Origin: Neoechinorhynchus agilis | Taxonomy: Eukaryota; Animalia; Acanthocephala | Direction of reading: 5' to 3' | DNA: 64,000 nucleotides | Assembly: GCA_051530055.1 (NCBI GenBank) | Contig: CM121341.1 | Coordinates: forward strand, 1,824,711-1,888,710 | In this document: positions 21,969 through 34,980 of the stretch, piece by piece | How positions within the stretch are numbered: the stretch's first letter is position 1 | Layout: the number at the start of each line of letters is the position of its first letter | Program-made: the position numbers and the translations under genes | Notes under the pieces: generated by a model | What the model saw: the letters and a program-made list of their open reading frames with translations, nothing else | Databases searched by the model: none | What the model was told of the DNA's origin: nothing

Positions 21969-24205
21969 ATGCCTGCTGCAGTAGCCACTCCCAAATTTTT
22001 GGAGTATTCGAACGTATCATCGACCGACATTGATATTAAAACTAAAGGGAAATTAAGATTTGAAACGGATAAAATCATTTTCACTAACACGAGTAACAAG
22101 GAGGATAAAGTGACGACCGTCTTTGAAGTTAAAGACATAAAAAATGCATATTTTACTCAGACGGCTCAAGGTTACATGCTCATTCTACTCACAGCATTCT
22201 CTCCCGACGACGATAATAGCATTAGTAGCGATGATCCTCATGTACTTGCTAGCCACTTCAGAGGCTTAAGCCTTGAAGACCTTGATTCGGTTCAGACGTT
22301 CATGCGAAGGAACTATGAGATTGAAATGAATGAAATGTTACGATCTGTCAAAGGCGCTGATGCTGGTGTCTTCGATCTTGAATTCGCGTATAACTCAATG
22401 CGTTTCATGGTCGATCAAAAACTTGGATTTGAGATTCCTCTCGATCAAGTCAATTCATGTGATCTTTGCAGTAAGAATGAAACGGTCATCAAGTTTCGTC
22501 CGAGGCAACAGGATCCTTGTCTGGTTGAAATCAGGTTCAGCATCCCTCAAGGCGGTGGCGGGGACGAGGAACGAATGGAGCGCTACCGACAAAAACTTAC
22601 TCGCTTAGCATCCGCTGAGGTTACCGAAAGCATTTGCGATGTTCCACAAATGTCATTTATGGTACCTAGGGGAAAGTATGACATGAAACTCGTGAAAGAT
22701 TTCGTTGATCTGCACGGTAAATCGTTTGATTATAAAATCATGTACAATCAAATCGCAATGGTATTTATTCTTGAAAATCCTCTGAAACGACATGTATATT
22801 TTGCTTTTAAAGTATGTGCATAGACTTCTGTTGAAGAGATTTTCACAATGATGGGTGAATTCTGTCTTAAAATACGTATTTTTCAAGAATATTTTAATCA
22901 GATATTATAGCTGTTCGAGCAAATTTTTGTGTATTTCACAAATGCCTGAGAATATAACATAACAAAATTTTCAAATCCTTGATCGTCTTGAGAAAGAAAT
23001 GATTTTTGCTCGATTTTTTTACTTTTGTAAATTTTGAAATATCTTGACCTCTCTTTTTTTGAACTGATGATGAACTCATTTACCGGGTATAGACCTAAAT
23101 AACACTTCTAACCATTTATGATTAATTTTTAATAATAGGTGAAAAATTCCCTTACCTGCTCAATTTATTATTTATTTTCCCAATTTCAATCACATAATTC
23201 ACGGGTATTTGAAAATAATTTTTAATGGTTTTCTGAAAATTATTTCAATGCTGTGGCGATTTTTTCTCCAGTTGGCGCAAATGTTTTCTCCCGTAACTTG
23301 TGAATTAACTTCTTAACCCTTGCTCCTTTTGTGAAATATCAATTTCTTATATAAATCAAAAATTCTGTTACACAAAATTTTAATTCTATTTCTTTTAATA
23401 AAGCGAACTTAATTGGCTCAAATTTTTTTGATATCATCTAACCTTGAATTCTCTGTGCAAATTCATGACTATATTAAATGATCACTAGCTAATCTTTTTT
23501 AATCGATTTCTCAACGGTAGCTTTGCGATATATCCACCTGTTCGACAAGGTCAAACCCTTTACCCGTTCGTAATTCTTCAATGCGAAAGTGATGAAGAGA
23601 TTGAACTGGACGTTAAACTCCCGGGTCATCCGGCCAACGATGATGAAGAGAAAATGAAAGGCGCAACTTATGAAGTTCTGGCTGAAATTCTCAAGCAGAT
23701 ATTACCTAACAAATTCAACGATCAATGTACATATCGATCAGCAGTAAACACAGAAGCTGCCTTTGTAAATGCTTCAATTCGTGCATGCAGTGGTCTCTTG
23801 TATCCCATGGACAAAGGAATCCTATTTATGCATAAACCTACATTCTATCTACCATATGAAGAAATGCTTTTAGTAGACATGGGTTCTGGAAACGAACCGA
23901 TTCAATCATCATCGAGTCTTAAAACGTTTATGGTCGAGATTAAGATGAAAAACGGTACGGCGTATTCGTTCAGTAGTATTGACCGAGAGGAGCAGAAACC
24001 ATTGGCTTCATTCATAAAGTCCAAGAGGGTAGACGTGAGTTTTATTAAAGGCGACACTACGACTGGAAATGTCGATAAGTTGATAAATGCGTTGGGTATT
24101 GATGAAGATAGCGCTGATGACGGAGATGATGAAGAAGATGAAGATTACGAGGCAAAATCGGCTGGTGCAGAGTCCGATGAAATAGAAAGTGATCACGAAG
24201 AGTGA
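21969..24205 (+). CDS. SSRP1: FACT complex subunit SSRP1/Pob3; exons about 21969..22811 and 23528..24205, about 506 aa
   Basis: LEYSNV..GKLRF start, KNETVIKF, EIRFSIP, PRGKYDMK, LHGKSFDYKI, PPVRQGQTLYPF, SGLLYPMDKGILFMHKP, FSSIDREE, acidic tail. The exon 2 acceptor is anomalous (see findings). Confidence 0.95.
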
Positions 24206-25062
24206 AGAAGACTGTTGGAAACTCATGAGCGGCGTGAAATTTATATGTTGTCTTCATAGGGAAGTCTTGCCGTATCCATATCTTGGATTTTGATACACAG
24301 GAGTACTTTTTAAAGGAAATCTTCACATTTTCTACCACGTCCTCCTTAAGCCTTTTGTAATATGCCTAAATTTAAGCCCAAATACTTAATGAAAAATATC
24401 ACACTTTTCGCTTCCTTTATTTGTAAAATATAGATTTTGCAAAACTCTATCAGCATCAATGTTCATTTGAAGCAATCGGGTGTGCTACCTCCATAACCCA
24501 ATCACAATTGTTTAGCGAACGAAAAACACACAGCGTTTAACGTCTCTTTGAATGTAACATCTTCTTTCCCCTTTTGCTTCTCTTGATCTCCGGTGCTTCT
24601 AGTTGAGATTTCGATTGGTCCAATCTGACTGGCAAATCAGCATCTTCTTGTTTTCGCCCTTCTTCGGACTTCTTTATCCTATGGCTGTCCTCATCAGAAC
24701 TAAAGAAAGAAAATTGTTAGAACATTTTTCCAATTTTTACCGAACACGAAACGTATTTTTAAATGTTATTGCAACTGTCCATAATTTCCTAGATTTTTTA
24801 TTATTTATATGACGCTGAATTTTTTTAAAGAATGTAATAAGTAAATCTTTAGAATCGCAGTTTACTTAAATCGGCAACACTTTTAGTTGGTGCTAACGGT
24901 TAATCGGTCATTTTATTGACCTAATGTAACCCTTCCTCGGAAATTAGATATCTAAATCGATCGAATAAATTTATAATTAAACTTTAGCGCTTTGCCGATA
25001 GCTACGGCGAGCGCGAGGGATGATTTTCACTTTCAGATCATTCCGGTTTTGCTAAATTTCGA

Positions 25063-25461
25063 ATGATATCTGACTCGTTTGCAAAGTTCCACGCTCATTG
25101 CCGCACTCTTTATGAGATGTCTGATGATTTCGAAACGTTCGTCGGTCAATTGCCTTCGACGTCAAATAACTCTCCACCGGCAACTGCGTCTTCACAATCA
25201 AGGTTGAACGCTTTAAATCAAGACCTTGTCCAGAGTTTGATGGAAGCAATTCTCGCCGATAATGTATCGAAAAATAAATGCGACAAAGTCAAACTGTCAT
25301 CGGAGGCAATAATCGCTTATACGGCAGCGATTAATTTGATTACCGATGAGCTAATTGCTAGAAGCGTTGATTGCCGTTGTGCTGAGGGTAATGGAAGTAA
25401 TAATGAACTGAATGAAAGCCATCTTTTCTCGGTTATGGCGCAAGTTCTGTTTGATGTATGA
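25063..25461 (+). CDS. CENPX: Centromere protein X (MHF2/STRA13), histone fold
   Basis: DLVQSLM..KVKLSSEAIIAYTAAINLITDELIARSV..ELNESHLFSVMAQVLFDV parallels CENP-X KTKVSGDALQLMVELLKVFVVEAAVR..LEKVLPQLLLDF. Confidence 0.75.
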   Translation: MISDSFAKFHAHCRTLYEMSDDFETFVGQLPSTSNNSPPATASSQSRLNALNQDLVQSLMEAILADNVSKNKCDKVKLSSEAIIAYTAAINLITDELIARSVDCRCAEGNGSNNELNESHLFSVMAQVLFDV

Positions 25462-25551
25462 ACTGTTATTACATTTCAATTAAAGTGGATGCAAAAAAAC
25501 GGTTTTGAGTTAATTTCGGATGAAAAGCTTTTAATCGTCCTCGTTTAAGAT

Positions 25552-27342
<1,791 letters not shown>

Positions 27343-27678
27343 GTATTCGTTTTTGGATGGATTCTAAGGAAACAAAGTAGACCGTTTCCCGAACCCATTT
27401 TTTGCTCTTTTAATCTTGAAATAATTTATTTGATGGGCGATTAATAGCGTAAACTAAAGATTCTCATTGAATAAAAACTCATTATTATGAAAAACATATT
27501 TTGAATTCGGTGTCAATTAGAAATTGTTTGCCAACCGTCTTTTTATTACGTCTACTAACGAAAAAATCCAGAAACTTCACGATTTTCCTGTTCGTTTTCT
27601 AAAAAAAATTAGAATCGAGTGAATTATTTGCTCTTTACAACAAAAGCGATATTTTTACACGATTCAAACGGCGATGTG

Positions 27679-28843
27679 TTATTGTTCGTTTTGCGACTGC
27701 TGCTGCTGTTCATTATTGAACATTTGAGCTATAAGCGCATTGCTAGACTGCTGCTGTCCACCGCCGCCGAAACCAAAAGAAGGTAGACTGATGGTATTTA
27801 GGGCATTAAAAGCGGCAGCGTACAGATTCTGTTGTTGTTGCTGTTGAAAAACCCAATTATTGGGAAAGTCCTGCTGAATTGGTGCTGGTTGTTGAAGAGT
27901 TTCTTCTTTGATTTCATTGGTTCTCAGTTTTCCCAAACATTTAAGTAGATCATTATACGCCGTCCGATATTCGTCGACCTGAGTATTACATGAGATCTTT
28001 TTCAGTGCTTCTAACCGTTTTTTAACTTCTGGATGTTCAACTAAATGTTCACTTGATTGAATAGTAACGCAACACATAGCTTCATGTTCCTTCGTGGCCA
28101 TATACCGATAAATCATATGTTTGATTAAACTGGTGGTATTCACGAAATTGGACACTGGCCGGGCGACAACACTCCTTTGTACCCGTTTAACCACGTCCGC
28201 ATACTCGTTTCTCATTCGTCCTCTGAACTCACTCGATACTTCGTCGTCGTCTTCTTCTAAATCAATCAATGACACGAATACTCGTTCGTCCCGAAGAATA
28301 TCTTCTACTGGTATAAGCCCATGACGCATCTTCATTCTTTCTATGATCGCATTATATTCATTAATAAGACTGGCATGGTCTTCTTCTCCTTGTGGTTCCG
28401 GTTGGATCGGGTCACCGAGAGCACGTCGCTTTCCACCGCCGTCGCAATCAACGCGATCCAACTCTTCACGGATCAAACTTTCAAAATCGAGATCATCGTT
28501 GCGGTTGTACCTATGCGTTTGCTGCTGTTGTTGCTGCTGCTGCTGCTGTTGGTAGTGGTGGTGGTGGTGGTGGTAATCGTCAATAACATGCTGATCGATG
28601 ATCGATACCTCGTCGGGGACAGTTGGAGCGTCAAGGTCCCGGTATGCACGTTTCTTGTTCTTCGTTGGAGACCGACGGCGGTGGTGGTAATGATTGTGGT
28701 GGTGGTGGTGGTGATGGTGCCGTCTACGGTCAACTGACGACGTCGATTCAGCCAACGTTAGACCAGGCGGGTGAAGCGGACCGACTTCTTGGTGCCGAAA
28801 ACTACTTTCCAAGTTCAAACGGTCTTCAGTCGTCAAAAACGCA
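27679..28843 (-). CDS. Hypothetical His/Gln-rich protein; large 3' exon, probably spliced to upstream exon(s) near 29073..29432
   Basis: 385-codon ORF with poly-His and poly-Gln tracts, helical middle region, and an aaacag acceptor at 28844. No family recognised. Confidence 0.55.
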
Positions 28844-29072
28844 CTGTTTATGCATCGGTGGCCAACGAAAACAAACGGAGAAAAGTTTGAAGGGTTTTAA
28901 AAATGCCATCATGCGCTCCATAACAATCAGTTTCAAAAGGTGCAAGAAAGAGCGGTTCGGCCGTGACTATAAAAAGGAACTAGTAAATATGAGAATCCGA
29001 TGAGAGCAAAGAACTTATGTCTGTCGCCATTCTCAGCGAGCTCTCGTCGGCATGAGAGTTAAAAGAAAAAAA

Positions 29073-29432
29073 CTAACAAAAATCCGCCACTACCACGACA
29101 AGAGCACATTGGCCTCCAACGTGCTTTAAGAACTCATGAGGAATTCTGCGTCTTCTTTGAACCGATATTCTTTGATTAAGCGCGGGTCGCTGCTGTTCCC
29201 AACTTCTAGGAGCATAATACGAATTAAGTGGAGGCGCATATTGCTGATCGTTGAACATTCCGTGAAACCGGTAGCTTTGTTGATTCGACTGGATTCTCGG
29301 TCCGAATTGGTGCCTAATAGGACGCAAATATACATCTGGACCTGGCGGGAAACGAGGATCTTGATGGGTCATTTCGTTATGAGTAAGGAAGTTCGAAGAG
29401 TTTTCGCGGATAACGTGATTCTTCCGCGACAC
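29073..29432 (-). CDS. Probable 5' exon (Pro/Gln/Arg-rich) of the 27679..28843 gene
   Basis: Open frame of similar composition on the same strand; splice junctions not resolved. Confidence 0.3.
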   Translation of the reverse strand: MSRKNHVIRENSSNFLTHNEMTHQDPRFPPGPDVYLRPIRHQFGPRIQSNQQSYRFHGMFNDQQYAPPLNSYYAPRSWEQQRPALNQRISVQRRRRIPHEFLKHVGGQCALVVVVADFC

Positions 29433-30344
29433 TCTATGACGTGTTCCGAAATAGTGGAAGATTCTTCCGTATGTAGTCTATGACGTGTACTAAAGTTTTT
29501 ATATCCCGCGCCGGGAATATTTAGATTACACGCGAGCGGTTGTGTGCGTCGTCACGAAATATCGGATTCTGATAAATCACTTCAATTTTTTCCGAATGCT
29601 CGAGCAAAATTGTAGTATTTTTTCCATATGTCCATTTGACCGTGTATGGAAAAAAGACTACCGGCAGAGCCACACTTATAAAACATTCTAAGAAATTGAA
29701 GTAATTTATCAAAGAAAAAATCTGGTGCAAAGTGTTATTTAGAAAATCTTCCTTTGGTAAATAATTTTTTTATTAAAATTCATCATCAGCTTGTTCTTTA
29801 AAGACTATCTTTAGCACCAACATTATGGCAATATTAACTTTTGTAGGAATAAAATTCACTTTTATTCATATCTCGCTCTCAACAAAACCAACTATGGACA
29901 ACATCTTTACATTGGACACGATGGTGTGTCTCCGAAATATCGGGAAAAGATAAACAATTCAGAATTTAAACGAAATTTGAATCGCAAATTTTTAATGACG
30001 CTTACAATTAACGTTTAATATGGTGCTAATCGACATGTGGGACATCGATTCTCACAAACATTGAGATAAAATAGTTTCGTGTATTCTAAGGAAATTTAAT
30101 GGAAAATCACACTTTTCAATGGGTCTAATCGATTATTAATAATAATTCGTGATATGTCTATAAAGTCGAAACATTCCCACGTTTATGGAATGACCTTTAA
30201 AGAGCTCAATATAAAACAATCTAAGCTTTTAAGCCTAGCCAAAACTCTAAGGTTTTTAATTAATTTTTTCACGATTTCGTGCCATCGGGGAATCGGCTCT
30301 TAAACTCAACAAATTTGTCACAGGTTGAATCTAATAATTTTCCT

Positions 30345-30475
30345 GATTGAACTGGACGTTAAACTCCCGGGTCATCCGGCCAACGATGATGAAGAGAAAA
30401 TGAAAGGTGCAACTTATGAAGTTCTGGCTGAAATTCTCAAGCGGATATTACCTAACAAATTCAACGATCAATGTA
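30345..30475 (+). pseudogene. 131-bp duplicated fragment of SSRP1 exon 2
   Basis: Matches 23599..23729 at 129/131 positions (GGC>GGT, CAG>CGG). Confidence 0.93.
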
Positions 30476-30756
30476 TGATCCATTCCAATACTACCTTTAA
30501 TACCCTTATAATATTCTCAAAAATCGATTCGTTTCAATGCACGGAAAATTCGTGAGTTCCCACTCATTACGTTTATTCAAGCTGGTTGAAATGTTTTTCT
30601 CTCGATGGCCACGATTGTTGAGAAAGGAGATGCCTTGCGTGAAAATATTTTAATAACTGATCTTTCCACTTCATAGAAAAAGAAAGAAGATTTCTTTTGC
30701 GATGTTTTTTCTCTCTCGAAAAAGCTCAAAGAACAAAAATCTTGGAATAATTCAGG

Positions 30757-32075
30757 AAATATAATTTTGGTGAACATACTCCCGGTCATAACCTATTTGA
30801 TTTTGATTTATTTAAGATATTTCGAAGGAGGTAACTTCGCCTCACCAGTCATCTAAAAATATGTTTTTACCACTCAGGTTTTAAGCTCGAGTGCACGGGA
30901 TAGCCAAACCCGAAGCTCGGGGCCAATTATCCGACTACGTTTTTTCCATGATTTTAGCATTAATTTTTTAAACGTCGCTGGCTGGAAGTCTCAAGCTAAA
31001 ATTAGCTTTATTTCCTTCGATCGTGTTGGACACAGCGATGTGTAAGGCCTCCAAAACAAGCCGCCTTTTTAAGTTTTGTTCTATTTCTATAAAGTCGGTG
31101 CCACCAAAATCCACTCGATGCTTACATGTCTCTTGATGATTAGAGATTGCCGACGAATGCTAAAATCGACTGCAGACTTGCTTATGTTGAGCGACCCTCT
31201 TCTCGATGCCTTGCATCGTTTGTCCGATATAGACTTTCTCACACTGTTCACAGTGCATTCGGTAGATCCCATGAGTCAGCTCAATTCTACCCTTCCTCTT
31301 GAATGTGCTTCTGAGAGCGATTCCTTTAGTATTGTATAGACGAATTCCAGCCTTCTTAACTTATAATGGAGTAAATCATTTGATTCGTGTCATATCAATG
31401 AAGTGCACTCTTTCGAAGCATACAGGCTCTGCAGACGATTTTTTGTTGTTTTGCGGATGATAGTTTCTGCCTCTGATTCCACGGTCTATAATCCATTTGG
31501 AATATCCCCTCATTTTTAGCTCCTGGACTATCCTCTCCCTTTCCTTACTCCACGCCAATCGAGTAGATGAGATAAGAAAAGCTCTTCGGAAGGAGGACAT
31601 TACAACCGAGATTTTATACTTCATCGGTTTTTGAGTTGACCAGTGTGGTGGTCCGCATAGTAGATTCTCCTTACGATAAAGTGACGTGCCAACTTTGCCT
31701 TGTGCCGACCGCTTTACCAGGACGTCCAGGAAAGAGACATCACCGTTGTTGTTCTCTTCTTTGAATGTCCACTGTATGTGTGGATCTTGATTGTTAAGTT
31801 CAGCATTTAGTAAATCTCTGTTGTTGTTTGAATAAGTCAAAATGAATACATCGTCCACATAACGCCACCGCCGATTTACATGACTATGAAGCTCCAAGAA
31901 AATGTACTCGCAATGCCGCATGTAAATGTCGGCCAAGGTCGGGGCAATCTCTAATCATCAAGAGACATGTAAACATCGAGCGGATTTTGGTGGCACCAAC
32001 TTACTCGCGAAATATTTTCAATAAATCAAAATCAAATAGGTTATGACCGGGAGTATGTTCACCAAAATTATATTT
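30757..32075 (-). mobile_element. 5'-truncated Penelope-like retroelement: RT + GIY-YIG pseudogene, 3' pLTR-like hammerhead relic and a 5' inverted segment
   Basis: RT: PTLADIYM, WRYVDDVF, VSFLDVLV, LYRK, GYS. Same frame continues to GIYRMHCEQCEKVYIGQTMQGIEKRVAQH and EQNLKRRLVLEALHI, with nonsense codons at 31378, 31363, 31162. Core CTGGTGA..GAAATATC at 30848..30816. 31945..32075 is an inverted copy of 3' sequences. Confidence 0.92.
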
Positions 32076-32119
32076 TGACTTACCCGAAAGATTTTCTATC
32101 GATGACTTCAGGAAATGTT

Positions 32120-33860
32120 TGTGTTAAAAGCATTAAACCGTAGAATTTTATTTGTTGTTTATTTTTTAGATAAATGCCTGATTCCGTAACACAACTCTTT
32201 GAATACTTCACGGAATCATCGATAGAAAATCCTTCGGGTTAGTCAAAGTATAATTTTGGTGAAAATGCTCCCGGGTTACACATTTAAAACTTACAAGCAA
32301 TGACTGATGAGTCGAGGTTACCTCGGGAAATATCTCCAATAAATCAAATATACTATTACCGGGAGTATTTTCACCCAAATTATGCTTCTATAGATGTTTG
32401 TGTTAAAAGCATCAAACAGTAGAATTTTATTTGTTGTTTATTTTTCAGATAAATGCCTGATTCCGTAACACAACTCTTTGAATACTTCAGGGAATCATCG
32501 ATAGAAAATCCTCCGGGTTAGTCAAAGTATAATTTTGGTGAAAATGCTCCCGGGTTACACATTTAAAACTTACAAGCAATGACTGATGAGTCGAGGTTAC
32601 CTCGGGAAATATCTCCAATAAATCAAATATACTATTACCGGGAGTATTTTCACCCAAATTATGCTTCTATAGATGTTTGTGTTAAAAGCATCAAACAGTA
32701 GAATTTTATTTGTTGTTTATTTTTCAGATAAATGCCTGATTCCGTAACACAACTCTTTGAATACTTCAGGGAATCATCGATAGAAAATCCTCCGGGTTAG
32801 TCAAAGTATAATTTTGGTGAAAATGCTCCCGGGTTACACATTTAAAACTTACAAGCAATGACTGATGAGTCGAGGTTACCTCGGGAAATATCTCCAATAA
32901 ATCAAATATACTATTACCGGGAGTATTTTCACCCAAATTATGCTTCTATAGATGTTTGTGTTAAAAGCATCAAACAGTAGAATTTTATTTGTTGTTTATT
33001 TTTCAGATAAATGCCTGATTCCGTAACACAACTCTTTGAATACTTCAGGGAATCATCGATAGAAAACCTTGTTAGTCAAAGTATAATTTTGGTGAAAATC
33101 TCCCGGGTTACTTTAAAACTTACAACAATGACTGATGAGTCGAGGTTACCTCGGGAAATATCTCCAATAAATCAAATATACTATTACCGGGAGTATTTTC
33201 ACCCAAATTATGCTTCTATAGATGTTTGTGTTAAAAGCATCAAACAGTAGAATTTTATTTGTTGTTTATTTTTCAGATAAATGCCTGATTCCGTAACACA
33301 ACTCTTTGAATACTTCAGGGAATCATCGATAGAAAATCCTCCGGGTTAGTCAAAGTATAATTTTGGTGAAAATGCTCCCGGGTTACACATTTAAAACTTA
33401 CAAGCAATGACTGATGAGTCGAGGTTACCTCGGGAAATATCTCCAATAAATCAAATATACTATTACCGGGAGTATTTTCACCCAAATTATGCTTCTATAG
33501 ATGTTTGTGTTAAAAGCATCAAACAGTAGAATTTTATTTGTTGTTTATTTTTCAGATAAATGCCTGATTCCGTAACACAACTCTTTGAATACTTCAGGGA
33601 ATCATCGATAGAAAATCCTTCGGGTTAGTCAAAGTATAATTTTGGTGAAAATGCTCCCGGGTTACACATTTAAAACTTACAAGCAATGACTGATGAGTCG
33701 AGGTTACCTCGGGAAATATCTCCAATAAATCAAATATACTATTACCGGGAGTATTTTCACCCAAATTATGCTTCTATAGATGTTTGTGTTAAAAGCATCA
33801 AACAGTAGAATTTTATTTGTTGTTTATTTTTTAGATAAATGCCTGATTCCGTAACACAAC
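32120..33860 (+). repeat. Tandem array of six 279-bp units (one is 270 bp) plus a partial seventh; each has a hammerhead-like core and the MED21 acceptor and first 8 codons
   Basis: gataaatgcctgattccg at 32169, 32448, 32727, 33006, 33276, 33555, 33834. CTGATGA cores at 32304, 32583, 32862, 33132, 33411, 33690. Confidence 0.97.
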
Positions 33861-34249
33861 TCCAACTCCTCTTTAGCAAGCAAATAGAACTGATGTGCAA
33901 CACAATTGGATCTTCCCTACTAAAACAAGTACAATCGACCCCAAATGGAACCGAATCCCCAACGACAGCGTCCATACAAATCCATACTCTGATCTCAAAT
34001 GCAGTTGCTATAAAAGAAATAATAGAGAAATTACCTGATGCTCCTGAACGAAGGAGTGTCGACAGCCTTCACGCCGAGTTTTCCGAAGCACAAGAAGCAA
34101 CGAATGTAGTTCAGAAGGAATTGACAGATCTAAGAGACAACATCCATAAAATGCGAATGAGCATTGAGAAGTCCTTGGATTTTTTCGGACGTGATGTAGA
34201 ACTTAATGGAAAAGCCAAGCGAAACGATAATAATGATTCACAAACTTAG
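33839..34249 (+). CDS. MED21: Mediator subunit 21 (MED21/SRB7), 136 aa
   Basis: MPDSVTQLQ..LMCNTIG and LISNAVAIKEIIEKLPD parallel MED21 MADRLTQLQ..QFCNAIG and LIARTAKDIDVLIDSLPS; C-terminal coiled coil; expected length. Confidence 0.85.
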   Translation: MPDSVTQLQLLFSKQIELMCNTIGSSLLKQVQSTPNGTESPTTASIQIHTLISNAVAIKEIIEKLPDAPERRSVDSLHAEFSEAQEATNVVQKELTDLRDNIHKMRMSIEKSLDFFGRDVELNGKAKRNDNNDSQT

Positions 34250-34980
34250 ACTAATTTTTGCCTTAGTCATTTTAGGCAAACATATACAGAACGAACTTTT
34301 AGTTGACGATCGCAATTTTTAAAAACCCGATAAAATCTAAAGTAGAAACGTTCATCGATGCATTTGTTGATTGCATTTGATCTTTGGGAAAACAACCCAA
34401 ACTAAGATGCAACGTGCCTTTAAAACGGAATAATAATTCGAGTGCTTGAGATCTTTTGATACAAAGATACTTTCAACTTCCTTTAAATTTAGAACCTAAA
34501 ATGTAAAATTGCAAATACAAAAAATCTGAATAAAAGCGAAGCCCAAATCTTTTGTATTATTGTCAGAAAGTTAAAATATTATTGAAAGAAAAGACGAGTT
34601 ATTGAAGCGGACAACGATGTTTTTATTAAGCAAAACACCCGACATTTTTTAGGCTTTCTTAGTTTTGACCCCTTTTCTCAAAACAAAAACCTAAGTTTTT
34701 TAACTATCGCAAAACCAATTTTGCGCAGATTCGATAAAAATTAAGCCCTAATGGATTTATAGTTCAAGAACACAAAAGTGTACCAGAAGGTGAAAAAAAG
34801 TTGCTAATGGTTCCTTTGAGAGAAACTCTTAAAAACCCAGTTTCCATTCCAATCGCCATCATTCTATTTTGTTGTTGTATATATTGAACACACACGACGT
34901 CTCTCGCTGCCACCCGATGTGTTCAAAATCACTCACGCGTACTCACTCGTTTATATCTCATTGTGTTGACCACGGTCACT

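Noticed and set aside
22812-22823. 12-nt GT..AG micro-intron in SSRP1
   Set aside because: The frame after it has no SSRP1 similarity and stops; far below the other intron sizes here
23060-23100. CTGATGA-T-GAACTC..GGGT in the SSRP1 intron
   Set aside because: The GAAA box is absent; too degenerate to call
24663-24697. CTGATGA-GGAC..GTCC-GAAG on the minus strand
   Set aside because: GAAG rather than GAAA, no helix I or III, no family flanks, and it lies in a probable coding exon
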